From Gemmata obscuriglobus (GTDB lineage Bacteria > Planctomycetota > Planctomycetia > Gemmatales > Gemmataceae), in the NCBI RefSeq assembly GCF_008065095.1, contig NZ_CP042911.1, positions 6,030,001 through 6,062,000 of the forward strand: DNA of 32,000 bases, read 5' to 3'. The notes beneath the pieces were generated by a model, which saw only the letters and a list, made by a program, of their open reading frames with translations, was not told the origin of the DNA and did not search any database. This document shows positions 7,301-15,223 of this stretch, piece by piece. Each line of letters opens with the position of its first letter. Within the stretch, counting starts at the first letter, position 1. Position numbers and translations under genes: made by a program.

Positions 7301-8751
7301 GGGTTCTCCTGGAGCGCGCCGACCAGGGCCTCGATGGTGACGTCGCCCTTGATGAACGCGCGCTTGACCGGTTTGACGGGGCGGGCCCCGGGGTCCGCGC
7401 CGTCTTGCTTGGCGTCCTCCCACTGTTCGAGTTCGACCTCGTACGCGGCCAGCGCCGTTCGGTACTCGGCCTCGAGCCGGTCGTTGATGTCCTCGGCCAG
7501 GTCCTCGACGTCGCGGTACGGCGGGCTCTTGATGGCGCCGGACTTGCCGACGGGCAGGGCCCAGATGTACGGCGGCTCCTTCCACCGCTTCTTGGGGGAC
7601 GCGACGTGGGAGCTGCCGATGGCGGCCCCGAGGGCGGCGAGCGCGGGCAGCGCGCTGTAGGCCCGGTCGCAGTTCATAGCGGCGGCGGTGGCCTCGACGT
7701 AGGCGCGGACCACGGGCGGGAGCAGGTGCGTGGGGAACGGGATGTAGGGCGGGATCTCGGGCGCCGGCGGCCGCGGGGCGGCTCCGGGTTTTCCGCCCGT
7801 TGGTCCGGCCCCCACGGTCGCGCGAGCCGCGGGCGGGTCGGGGACGCCGAGCCACTCCTGGACCCGGGCCACCACGGCGGCGGCGGTGGCGTTGTCGAGG
7901 GACGGGTCGAGCATCTCCTTGAGCGCCGGCAACCCCGTCATCGGCTTGCCGGCCCGGAGCCGCTTGCGGGCGTCGGCCACCGCCCCGGCCCCTTCGCCGG
8001 CGGCGATCTTGGCCACCTTGTCGGGGTCGTTCTTCGCGGCGAACACGGCGGTGACGAACGCCACCGCCCGGGCGTCGTCCTCCCAGCCGGCGCGGGCCAG
8101 CAGGTTGGCGACCAGCAGCACCAGCGCGTGCCGCTCCTGGGGCCGGGCGTACCGGGCCAGCAGCACCGCCGCCCCGACGTGCCGCACCGCGGCGGCAAGT
8201 TCGGCGCCGGCGACCGCCGCAGGCTCGCCCGCGCGGGCCCACTCGAGCCCCTCGCCGCTGGCGTGGAGCGACGGCGGGAACACGGTCTGGAGGTGCTTGA
8301 ACCGCCCCTCGGCCTCGTCCCACTCGGGCCACCGCAGCTCGACGATGGTGGCCCGGTCCCCGGACCGCACCGGGTCGAGTAACTTGGCGAACGCGGCGGT
8401 GCGGTCGGTGACGGCGTACAGCCGGTGGGTGGTCTCGCCGCCGCGCCCGAACGCGCTGTTCGTGGCGGGGAGCAGATGGGGGCCGGCGACCGCGGCCTCG
8501 CCGCAGTCCAGGTCGACGTCGGCCAGGCCGGCGGAGTTGGGGCCCAGCTTGACCCCGACGTTGCGGCCGGCGAAATGTTCGGGGGCGGCGGTGCCGCCGG
8601 GCCAGAACCGGGCGTCCGGGTGCTTGCCCGGCTTGGGACAGTCGGGGCGCCCGCACGAGCAGGCGCCCCGGTCGAGGTCGGGGCGGTGCACCGGGACCGT
8701 GCACCAGCCACGGGCCCGGTACCGCGCGACGGCTTCGGCGACGGTGCTCAT
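4387..8751 (-). CDS. fused replicase: AEP PrimPol + DUF3987-type P-loop ATPase + DnaQ-like 3'-5' exonuclease + family A DNA polymerase
   Basis: ATG at 8749-8751 is preceded by GGAGG and overlaps the upstream stop as ATGA. There is no stop codon down to 4387. PrimPol motifs: CSCGRPDCPKPGKHP, DVDLD, THRLY. ATPase motifs: PVGKSG, VIGQDELS. The low-complexity linker spans ~6076-6429. Exo motifs: DLETTGL, NLGFDLPFL, YAARDAE. PolA motifs A/B/C: DYSQIELRIAA, KSLNFGLLYG, LLVHDEIVVE. Confidence 0.9.
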   Translation of the reverse strand: MSTVAEAVARYRARGWCTVPVHRPDLDRGACSCGRPDCPKPGKHPDARFWPGGTAAPEHFAGRNVGVKLGPNSAGLADVDLDCGEAAVAGPHLLPATNSAFGRGGETTHRLYAVTDRTAAFAKLLDPVRSGDRATIVELRWPEWDEAEGRFKHLQTVFPPSLHASGEGLEWARAGEPAAVAGAELAAAVRHVGAAVLLARYARPQERHALVLLVANLLARAGWEDDARAVAFVTAVFAAKNDPDKVAKIAAGEGAGAVADARKRLRAGKPMTGLPALKEMLDPSLDNATAAAVVARVQEWLGVPDPPAARATVGAGPTGGKPGAAPRPPAPEIPPYIPFPTHLLPPVVRAYVEATAAAMNCDRAYSALPALAALGAAIGSSHVASPKKRWKEPPYIWALPVGKSGAIKSPPYRDVEDLAEDINDRLEAEYRTALAAYEVELEQWEDAKQDGADPGARPVKPVKRAFIKGDVTIEALVGALQENPRGLVIGQDELSAWIGSFVKYAGKTGASDLPRWLQLHHAGTINYTRKTGDPDKREVRVRGVGVSVTGTIQPKVLSRVLTEEFRASGFLARLLLALPPWRKRQWTEAEIDEPTRGAFAALLGDLHRLPAGTWPNGKPAPHLVPLGADAKARFVAFYNANGEALETADEDMSAVMSKLEGYALRFALIFHCCRLQARAHEHPIAADDMGAAVELTTWFRDEAERAYLALAEPPEVQGARHLLEAVRKLAARCGGAVRARDLHRSNQKRYTAAAAEAALDGLVRLGFGRWEPVAGGSNGGPPTRAFVPGVTDDRTSEADAPAGAEGAGAGGSRCDTTAGCDRSPAAPAGGSGGATATPPSSSVVGPEPGAGAVKVVSSVTPGRERSDPAPESGSDAGDGSCHTEGVVSHRGRMWVREAGALAEVVRAVTGAAALVGLDLETTGLSHARDRVRLLSLATPSGTFLVDLFALPDPAAALAPLLEALTAVEVVGQNLGFDLPFLMRLGFVPGRVRDTMLASQVLHAGNRTTGHSLKDLAHRHLGLELDKGLQTADWSGPLTDAHLGYAARDAELPLALWERLAPELAAAHLTGTAEAEMAALPAVAWAARHGVGFDRPAWDAVAADTEACAARAREHLDELLPNAGNLFGVTNWNSVDEVTAAFAAAGVALTSTGDDALAAVAHPAAALLREHRAASKLSGTYGRGWLRHVADDGRVYAAWKQVGAGASGRMSCKDPNLQQLPRDPRFRRCFVTPPGRVLVKADYSQIELRIAAKITGDKRMLDAYQKGEDLHTTTARAVLGKTDVTKADRQLSKSLNFGLLYGMGAKALAAYAASNFGVALTEGEAADHRDAFFRTYPGLRAWHRKVPDGIIQTRTLAGRRRVGVGAFTEKLNTPVQGTGADGLKRALALLWARRNSCPDAFPVLLVHDEIVVECSEERRDEAIAWVRDAMRDGMAPLIDPVPVEVEVSAGRTWGG
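6084..6387. repeat. array of six GGTGTGACA[C/G] sites, three forward then three inverted, inside the replicase linker
   Basis: Forward copies lie at 6084-6093, 6103-6112 and 6170-6179, plus half-site TGACAC at 6181-6186. Inverted copies lie at 6287-6296, 6305-6314 and 6378-6387, plus half-site TGTCAT at 6372-6377. 6083-6096 is the perfect reverse complement of 6302-6315 (14/14). 6170-6185 is the perfect reverse complement of 6372-6387 (16/16). Confidence 0.7.
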
Positions 8752-8942
8752 CGGTCGCCTCCGCTCGGGCCGAGCAGGTGCACCAGGTCGCTCGCGGCCC
8801 AGCACCGGGCGCCGTCGAGGGCCCGACACTCGGTGGCGTGTGGGGCCAGTCGCGGGAGCTCGTTGGGATCGATCTCCAGGGCCCACAGGTCATCTTCGCT
8901 CAGGTAGTCGTCGGGCACGAGAACCTCCTTCTCGGCGCGCAC
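8748..8942 (-). CDS. hypothetical acidic protein (64 aa)
   Basis: The ORF has normal composition (MRAEKEVLVPDDYLSEDDLWALEIDPNELPRL...). Its TGA overlaps the replicase ATG (ATGA at 8748-8751), implying translational coupling. Confidence 0.5.
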   Translation of the reverse strand: MRAEKEVLVPDDYLSEDDLWALEIDPNELPRLAPHATECRALDGARCWAASDLVHLLGPSGGDR

Positions 8943-8999
8943 CTTCCACGGTCCCGTCGTGCGGCGGGTCGTTTCGGGCGCGTCGGGTTGAACGGTTGG

Positions 9000-9299
9000 T
9001 TAAGCGGTCACGGGTTCGCGCGGTTGTGGCTGCTGGTTCAGCCGTTCGATCCGGAACGCGTCGTCGCCGAACTCACGAGCGAGGTACCCGGCGAACAACT
9101 TGTTCAAGTCGATCCCCACGGCGCTGCCGGCGTCGATGGTGACGGTGCGGGCGTTCCCGTCGAACGCGTGGGCCGCGTCGAGCCGGGCCTGGGCCGCGCC
9201 GTGCAGCGCCTCGGCCCCGATGAGGGCCAGCAGCAGGGTCACCTCCACCTCCTCGGCGGGCACCCGGTCGGTGAACCGGTAGCGGTACGTCGAACTCAT
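9000..9299 (-). CDS. hypothetical protein (99 aa)
   Basis: The internal ATG at 9297-9299 (MSSTYRYRF...) is preceded by GGAGGAG. The track ORF 9000..9347 begins 16 codons further upstream without an RBS. Confidence 0.55.
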   Translation of the reverse strand: MSSTYRYRFTDRVPAEEVEVTLLLALIGAEALHGAAQARLDAAHAFDGNARTVTIDAGSAVGIDLNKLFAGYLAREFGDDAFRIERLNQQPQPREPVTA

Positions 9300-9330
9300 C
9301 CTCGGCTCCTCCGGGCGCGGGCGGGCGGCC

Positions 9331-9909
9331 CTAACTACCTTCTTCACGGTCCGGCGCCGAAGTGTTCAAACACGGGGACAGAATGTCGGCGAGGGCCCGC
9401 ACCTCGGTGCGGGCGTTGAGCTCGCGCACCCGGGCGTACACGGTGCCCCGCGCCACCCCGAGCGCCTCGGCCGCGGCGGTGATGGTGGTGTGCGCCGAGA
9501 GCGCCTGGGCGACGGCCCGCAGGTCGGGCGGCAGCGCGGCCAGCACCGCAGCGACCGCGTCCGCCGCGTCAACCGCGTCGCGGTCACGTTCCGCGTCGCG
9601 GGCCGGCACCTCGTCGGGCAGCGGCTCGAGCGTTCCCGGGTTCCGCTTGGCCGCGCCGAGGTCCCGCAGGATGTTCGCCGCCGCCCGCTCCACGAGGGTC
9701 TGGACGTAGCTCAGCCGGTCCCCCTTGTCCGGGTCGGGGACGAACCGGCGGAGCGGTTCGAGCAGCCGCGCGACGAGTTCCTGTTCGAGGTCGGGGCCGT
9801 CCTGTCGGGTCAGCCCGGCGTGCCCCACGAGGGCCCGGGCCTTGAGCCGGATCACGCGGGCCACGGCCCCGTCGATCGGGTTGCCGGGCGCGTTCGGGTT
9901 CGGGTCCAA
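9331..9909 (-). CDS. sigma-70 family (ECF-like) RNA polymerase sigma factor encoded by the element
   Basis: Region-2-like segment DLEQELVARLLEPLRRFVPDPDKGDRLSYVQTLVERAAANILRD. Region-4 HTH segment LSAHTTITAAAEALGVARGTVYARVREL. The likely TTG start at 9907-9909 lies 7 nt after GGGAGGAG. The track ORF extends to 10011 as a Pro/Arg-rich lead-in. Confidence 0.7.
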   Translation of the reverse strand: MDPNPNAPGNPIDGAVARVIRLKARALVGHAGLTRQDGPDLEQELVARLLEPLRRFVPDPDKGDRLSYVQTLVERAAANILRDLGAAKRNPGTLEPLPDEVPARDAERDRDAVDAADAVAAVLAALPPDLRAVAQALSAHTTITAAAEALGVARGTVYARVRELNARTEVRALADILSPCLNTSAPDREEGS

Positions 9910-10074
9910 GGAGGCGCTCCTCCCGGCCGGGACGAGCGGAGGGCGCGGGCACGGATCCCGTGGCGCCGGCCCGCGCGGCGCGGGGCGATGCGAACACCGG
10001 GTGGTGCCCACGATCGCCTCCGCGGTGCGGCCGGCTGATGGTCGGGTGCAGGGGGTTGGGGCGACGGTGCCCGG

Positions 10075-10386
10075 TTACGCGGGCAGCTCGGCGTGGAACG
10101 GGAGCCCGTGCTTGACGCTCAGCACCGCGATGGTGCCGTCCCCGAGGGCGTCGAGCAGGGCCATCAGGTCGAGCTGCTGCGCCTTCAAGGCGCCGCCGCG
10201 CCCGGCCTCGGGGCGCGGGCCGTTGTCGCCGCCGAACTTGTGCTCGCGGGTCACCACCGGCATGGGATCGAGGACGGGCTCGCCGGCACGCACGAGGAGG
10301 CCCTCGACGCGGCCGAAGTTGAGCCGCTGGAGCAGGGCGACCAGTTGCTGGCGGGGGGGGCTGAGTGAAGACGTGGTGGTGGACAT
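10075..10386 (-). CDS. hypothetical protein (103 aa)
   Basis: ATG at 10384-10386 (MSTTTSSLSPPRQQLVALLQRLNFGRVEGL...) is preceded by GGAGGG. The track ORF's upstream TTG extension is Arg-rich and lacks an RBS. Confidence 0.55.
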   Translation of the reverse strand: MSTTTSSLSPPRQQLVALLQRLNFGRVEGLLVRAGEPVLDPMPVVTREHKFGGDNGPRPEAGRGGALKAQQLDLMALLDALGDGTIAVLSVKHGLPFHAELPA

Positions 10387-10460
10387 CGTGTCCCTCCGGT
10401 GCCGTGCGGCACGGGCTCGTCCGCCCTCGTGGCGGTGCGGCCCGATGCGGGCCGCCAACA

Positions 10461-10504
10461 GTAACCTGTTACAACGCCCGTAACATCGTTACGCCGGGCG
10501 TAAC
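10461..10504. promoter_or_regulatory. five GTAAC/GTTAC half-sites (operator-like) upstream of the 103-aa gene
   Basis: GTAAC-CT-GTTAC lies at 10461-10472, CGTAAC-ATC-GTTACG at 10479-10493 and GTAAC at 10500-10504. Units are spaced about 19-20 bp apart. They sit in an AT-richer spacer between two minus-strand genes. Confidence 0.4.
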
Positions 10505-10517
10505 AAATCGCGCGGGG

Positions 10518-10546
10518 CCGTTGGCGCGCGGCCCCCGCGCCAACGG
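10518..10546 (-). terminator. 11-bp-stem hairpin just after the stop of the 388-aa gene
   Basis: CCGTTGGCGCG (10518-10528) pairs with CGCGCCAACGG (10536-10546) around a 7-nt loop. It starts 8 nt downstream (minus sense) of the stop at 10554. Only a weak T-tract (ATTTGTT) follows. Confidence 0.4.
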
Positions 10547-10553
10547 GCGGGTG

Positions 10554-11720
10554 TCACACCTCCCACTCCACGTCCGGGACCGGCGCGTACCGGAGCTCCG
10601 CACCGGTCTCGATGGACGCGTGCAGGTGGCGGGCGAGCTCGGGGAGCGGCCGCTCGAGCGCCCCGATGACGTGGTCGATGGCGTTCTTGACGGACGTGCG
10701 GAGGCTGGTCGATTCGTCGCCCAGCCGCCGCCCCCGCCGGCCGGGGCCCCGGTGCGCGTGGGCGCGCCCGACGATCGCGTGGAACTGGTCCTGCAGGCGC
10801 TCGACCCGCGCCCAGTCGTGGTCGCCTCGCGCCCGGGCGATTTCGTCGGCCAGCTCGCGCGACACGCGCTCGTCGTCCGCCGCCGTGTCGCCGCGGTACG
10901 GCGCCGGGCTCGCGCGGCCGCGCACCACGTCCCGCAGCTCCGCCGCGCGGATGTGCCGCCGCTTGGCCTGGATCAGCCGCGCGACGTACCACAGCCCGAT
11001 CCGGTCGCCGAGCAGCGCCGTCTTCCCGGCGAACGTCACCGACCACGCCCCGCCGCCGTGCCAGAGCGCGTTCCGCGGTTGCCAGTCGCCCGCCCGCGGG
11101 CGCGCCACCTGGGCGGCCCAGGCGAGCGCCGCCTCGAGCGGCGAGACGGGGCGCAAGCGGCCCGGGCCGGCCGCCGCAACGGCGGCCGCGAGCGGGACCG
11201 CCCCGCGCCCGTCCCGTCGGAGGGCCGGATCGGCGGCCACCACCCGGCTCGTGCACAGCAGGAGCGGCGGGCCGTCGCCCCCGGTGCCCAGGTGGGGGGC
11301 GAGCGCGCGCGCCGCGGCCACCGTCCCGGTGAGCACCAGGAAGCACGTGTACCGGGCTCCGGCCGCGCCGGTGAGCGGTCCGACGTGGGCGGCCCGCGGG
11401 GCCGGGTCGCGGGCCGGCTCGCGGCGCAGCCCGAGGGCGTCGGCCACCGCCCCCGCCAGCGCCGGCGCGTCGACCTCGTGCTCCCGCTCGTCCGGATCCG
11501 CGCGGCTCGCGCCCGACGGCGCGAGCCGCAGGAACGGGCGGACGAGGTCGAACTCGGGTCCGAGCCGGCGCCCCCAATCGGTCAGGGCGGTGGCGAGCTC
11601 CGGGAGCGCGTCGGCCGCGTCCCAGAACCGGGTCAGGGCGGTCGGCTCCGGGGCGCCCGGGGGCCACGGTCCGGGGTGGTCCGACTCGTTCGGGGCTGTG
11701 GCGGTGTTGCGGGTGACCAT
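10554..11720 (-). CDS. hypothetical protein (388 aa), possible regulator
   Basis: The ORF has balanced composition. The segment WSVTFAGKTALLGDRIGLWYVARLIQAKRRHIRAAEL resembles the 'W.v.f.G....l.d.kGl.Yla.Ll' motif seen at the N-termini of many actinobacterial and planctomycetal regulators (recalled from memory, unnamed). No clear SD. Confidence 0.6.
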   Translation of the reverse strand: MVTRNTATAPNESDHPGPWPPGAPEPTALTRFWDAADALPELATALTDWGRRLGPEFDLVRPFLRLAPSGASRADPDEREHEVDAPALAGAVADALGLRREPARDPAPRAAHVGPLTGAAGARYTCFLVLTGTVAAARALAPHLGTGGDGPPLLLCTSRVVAADPALRRDGRGAVPLAAAVAAAGPGRLRPVSPLEAALAWAAQVARPRAGDWQPRNALWHGGGAWSVTFAGKTALLGDRIGLWYVARLIQAKRRHIRAAELRDVVRGRASPAPYRGDTAADDERVSRELADEIARARGDHDWARVERLQDQFHAIVGRAHAHRGPGRRGRRLGDESTSLRTSVKNAIDHVIGALERPLPELARHLHASIETGAELRYAPVPDVEWEV

Positions 11721-12086
11721 CGGAGGTGCGGTGTCGTGGTGACGGGCATAATGCGCGGGACGAGATCCGTGCGTATCCTATTCACGGATGTACACCATGT
11801 TAAGTAGACCGCGCGGCCCGATATCGTTCAATCTGATTCGCCCCAAATGGCACGGCACGGGTGCAGGACCGGCTTTGCAGAGCGTTGGAAAGCAGTGCGA
11901 GCTGTTTGGCGCAACTCGTGAGCTGAGGGGCTGATCCGATCACGAGTTCGCAGTACGCACCCGTGCGTTTCGGTGAAAACTCCGCAAGGCGCTACTCATG
12001 CCAATGTCGAAAACCCCTTGGAAACTCGCCGTCCGTCTTCGCCCGCGCGCGCGAAACCGGTCCTACATCCGCACGGCACGTGTTGC

Positions 12087-12502
12087 TCACCCGCTCACCC
12101 GGTCGAGCCGTGCACGCCACATCGCGCGCTGCCGCGCCCAGTCGGAGGTGGCGGCGATTGGCCGCAGGTCGCGGAGCACCAGCGGATCCCGTCCGCGCAC
12201 CACCGGGGGCAAGAACAAGACCGTTTCGATGAGATCGGGGGCCAGGTGGATGAGGGCCATGATCTGACTAACGCGGGCCCGGGTCACGTGCCCCAGCCGC
12301 GCCAGCTCGGCCTGGTCGGTGACGGAGCCGGTGCGGATCAGTTCGTCGAACCGCAGGGCCAGGGCCATGAGACGGGCGACCCGGGGCACCCGCCCGGGCT
12401 CGGGCGGGGCCGGCGCGGGGCCCTCGCGCAGCTCCTTGGTGCGGCCCTTGCGGGCGAAGTGGATCGTGCCCGCCACCGTCAGCGGGGCCGTGGTGGCGGT
12501 GC

Positions 12503-12506
<4 letters not shown>
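12087..12506 (-). CDS. ParB/KorB-like helix-turn-helix protein, recombinase-associated (139 aa)
   Basis: These are the last 139 codons of the track ORF 12087..13163. ATG at 12504-12506 overlaps the recombinase TGA (ATGA). HTH segment DQAELARLGHVTRARVSQIMALIHLAPDLIETVLFLP is typical of small proteins found beside serine recombinases. Confidence 0.7.
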
Positions 12507-14106
<1,600 letters not shown>

Positions 14107-14110
<4 letters not shown>

Positions 14111-14604
14111 GTGCCCTCCGGCTTGTTGAGCTTGAAGAAGTGGAACCCGTTGAGGTGGGTCCCGGTGACCGCCGCGGCGACCGCGCTGAGGGAGGCGAAC
14201 GTCCGGCCGTCGTACTCGAACCCGCTGGCCAGCACCAGGACCTGAACGTCGGCGCCCTTGTACGTGCGGGTGATCACGGTGCCGGGCGGGGGCAGTCGCG
14301 GGTCACTCGCGTGCGTCGGCACGGTGCCGGTGCGGACCGGCCCGGGCGCGGGTTCGTCGGCGTGGCCCTTGGGCGGGATCAAGCGCAGGTCCGCGTCTCG
14401 GGCCAGCTCGGCGGCCCGGGCTTGCGCGCGGGCGCTGAGCCCGCCCTCGGCCAGGGCCTGGAGCCGCCACGCGATCCTTCGGACGAGCCACGTGCGGTTG
14501 CCCGACGCGGTGGGCTCGCCGAACACCTCCGCGTACCGCGCCCGCAGCTCTTTCGGGGTCAGCCGGCGCAGCCCGGCCAGTTCCTTCGCGACGTCGATCG
14601 GCAC
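14107..14604 (-). CDS. DUF2924-family protein (recombinase-associated)
   Basis: Motifs LTPKELRARYAEVFGEPTASGNRTWLVRRIAWRLQALAEGGLSARAQARAAELA and C-terminal YKGADVQVLVLASGFEYDGRTFASLSAVAAAVTGTHLNGFHFF match my memory of DUF2924. The GTG at 14602-14604 lies 6 nt after GGAGGT. An alternative ATG sits at 14698-14700. Its TGA overlaps the recombinase ATG (ATGA at 14107-14110). Confidence 0.75.
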
Positions 14605-14650
14605 CTCGTGACCTCCACGGAAAAGCTGGCGATCTCGGCTCTCGGCGGCG

Positions 14651-14860
14651 TTAACCGCCGGTCCCAGTGACGCTCTTTTCGCGCGCGTCCGCAAGCTCAT
14701 TCGTGCCAAAATCTGAGGTTCCGGCGGTGCCGGTGGAGGGCGGTGATTCGTGTACGAGCAGGGCCGAGCCGATGCGCACGAGCCCGGTGGCGAGGAGGCG
14801 CGCCAGCTCGCGGGCGCGCTCGTCGGGGGTGAGGGTAACGGGGTTGCGGGTGGAAGGCAT
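14651..14860 (-). CDS. small hypothetical protein (69 aa) heading the recombinase operon
   Basis: ATG at 14858-14860 is preceded by GAGGTG. The sequence MPSTRNPVTLTPDERARELARLLATGLVRI... has high third-position G/C in its first ~35 codons. Confidence 0.4.
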   Translation of the reverse strand: MPSTRNPVTLTPDERARELARLLATGLVRIGSALLVHESPPSTGTAGTSDFGTNELADAREKSVTGTGG

Positions 14861-14954
14861 CGGGGCACCTCGGGGGTGGACCCCAGCGGCCTTCGCGGTG
14901 CGACCGGCGTGCTGGCGGAAATGAGCGAGAGAAGTCTCTACCTGTTAATTACAC

Positions 14955-14966
14955 CGAACCGGTTCG
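14955..14966. repeat. perfect 12-bp palindrome CGAACCGGTTCG
   Basis: Read directly from the sequence. It is flanked by ACAC ... GTGT and by TTAATT. It lies in the AT-richer 363-bp divergent spacer. Confidence 0.8.
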
Positions 14967-15054
14967 AAGTGTTCAGAGAAGGGCGCTAGGCGTGGATCCG
15001 AGCACTGGTTGTGTGAGTGCCGCCCGGCGCCGGTAGCGGGGCGTTCGGCGCCGA

Positions 15055-15108
15055 CTCGTCTGCGTGCTCGAGGCGGAAAACCGACTCCGTCGTGAGCACG
15101 CAGACGAG
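15055..15108. repeat. perfect 15-bp inverted repeat with a 24-nt spacer
   Basis: CTCGTCTGCGTGCTC (15055-15069) is the exact reverse complement of GAGCACGCAGACGAG (15094-15108). CCGACT occurs immediately around both arms. Confidence 0.8.
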
Positions 15109-15223
15109 CCGACTGGTTACCGGGGCGTTCCAAATTTAATTGTTTCCACATGCCGAACGATGTCTAATTTCTCATGTTTTCTCGCCCGGCCGGTACTGGC
15201 TGAGCGGCCCCGAGGAAGCCATC

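Noticed and set aside
8752-8886. 45-codon N-terminal extension of the replicase ORF (track start at 8886)
   Set aside because: The extension is Arg/Pro-rich and would overlap the 64-aa upstream gene. The ATG at 8749-8751 has a GGAGG RBS and the ATGA coupling, and the PrimPol domain begins right after it.
6374-8893. 839-aa minus-strand ORF and the overlapping plus-strand ORFs 6523..8382 and 7886..9142
   Set aside because: These are alternative-frame or antisense shadows of the replicase gene. They are Arg/Pro/Gly-dominated, whereas the 4387..8751 frame carries all the catalytic motifs.
10489-11742. ORFs 10489..11667 (-), 10612..11742 (+) and 10365..11807 (+)
   Set aside because: They overlap the 388-aa gene in other frames with Arg/Gly/Pro/Ala-rich translations. 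The 10554..11720 frame has balanced composition.
14605-14868. Pro/Ser-rich N-terminal extension of the DUF2924 ORF (track 14107..14868)
   Set aside because: Its composition (PPATPLPSPPTSAPAS...) looks non-coding. The GTG at 14602-14604 has a well-spaced GGAGGT. The interval is better explained by the separate 69-aa ORF 14651..14860 in another frame.
15140-15223. TTG start at 15140 for the WD40-caspase gene (track start)
   Set aside because: The first 28 codons run through the AT-rich promoter-like region without an RBS. The ATG at 15224 follows GAGGAAG and opens directly into the zinc-ribbon motif.
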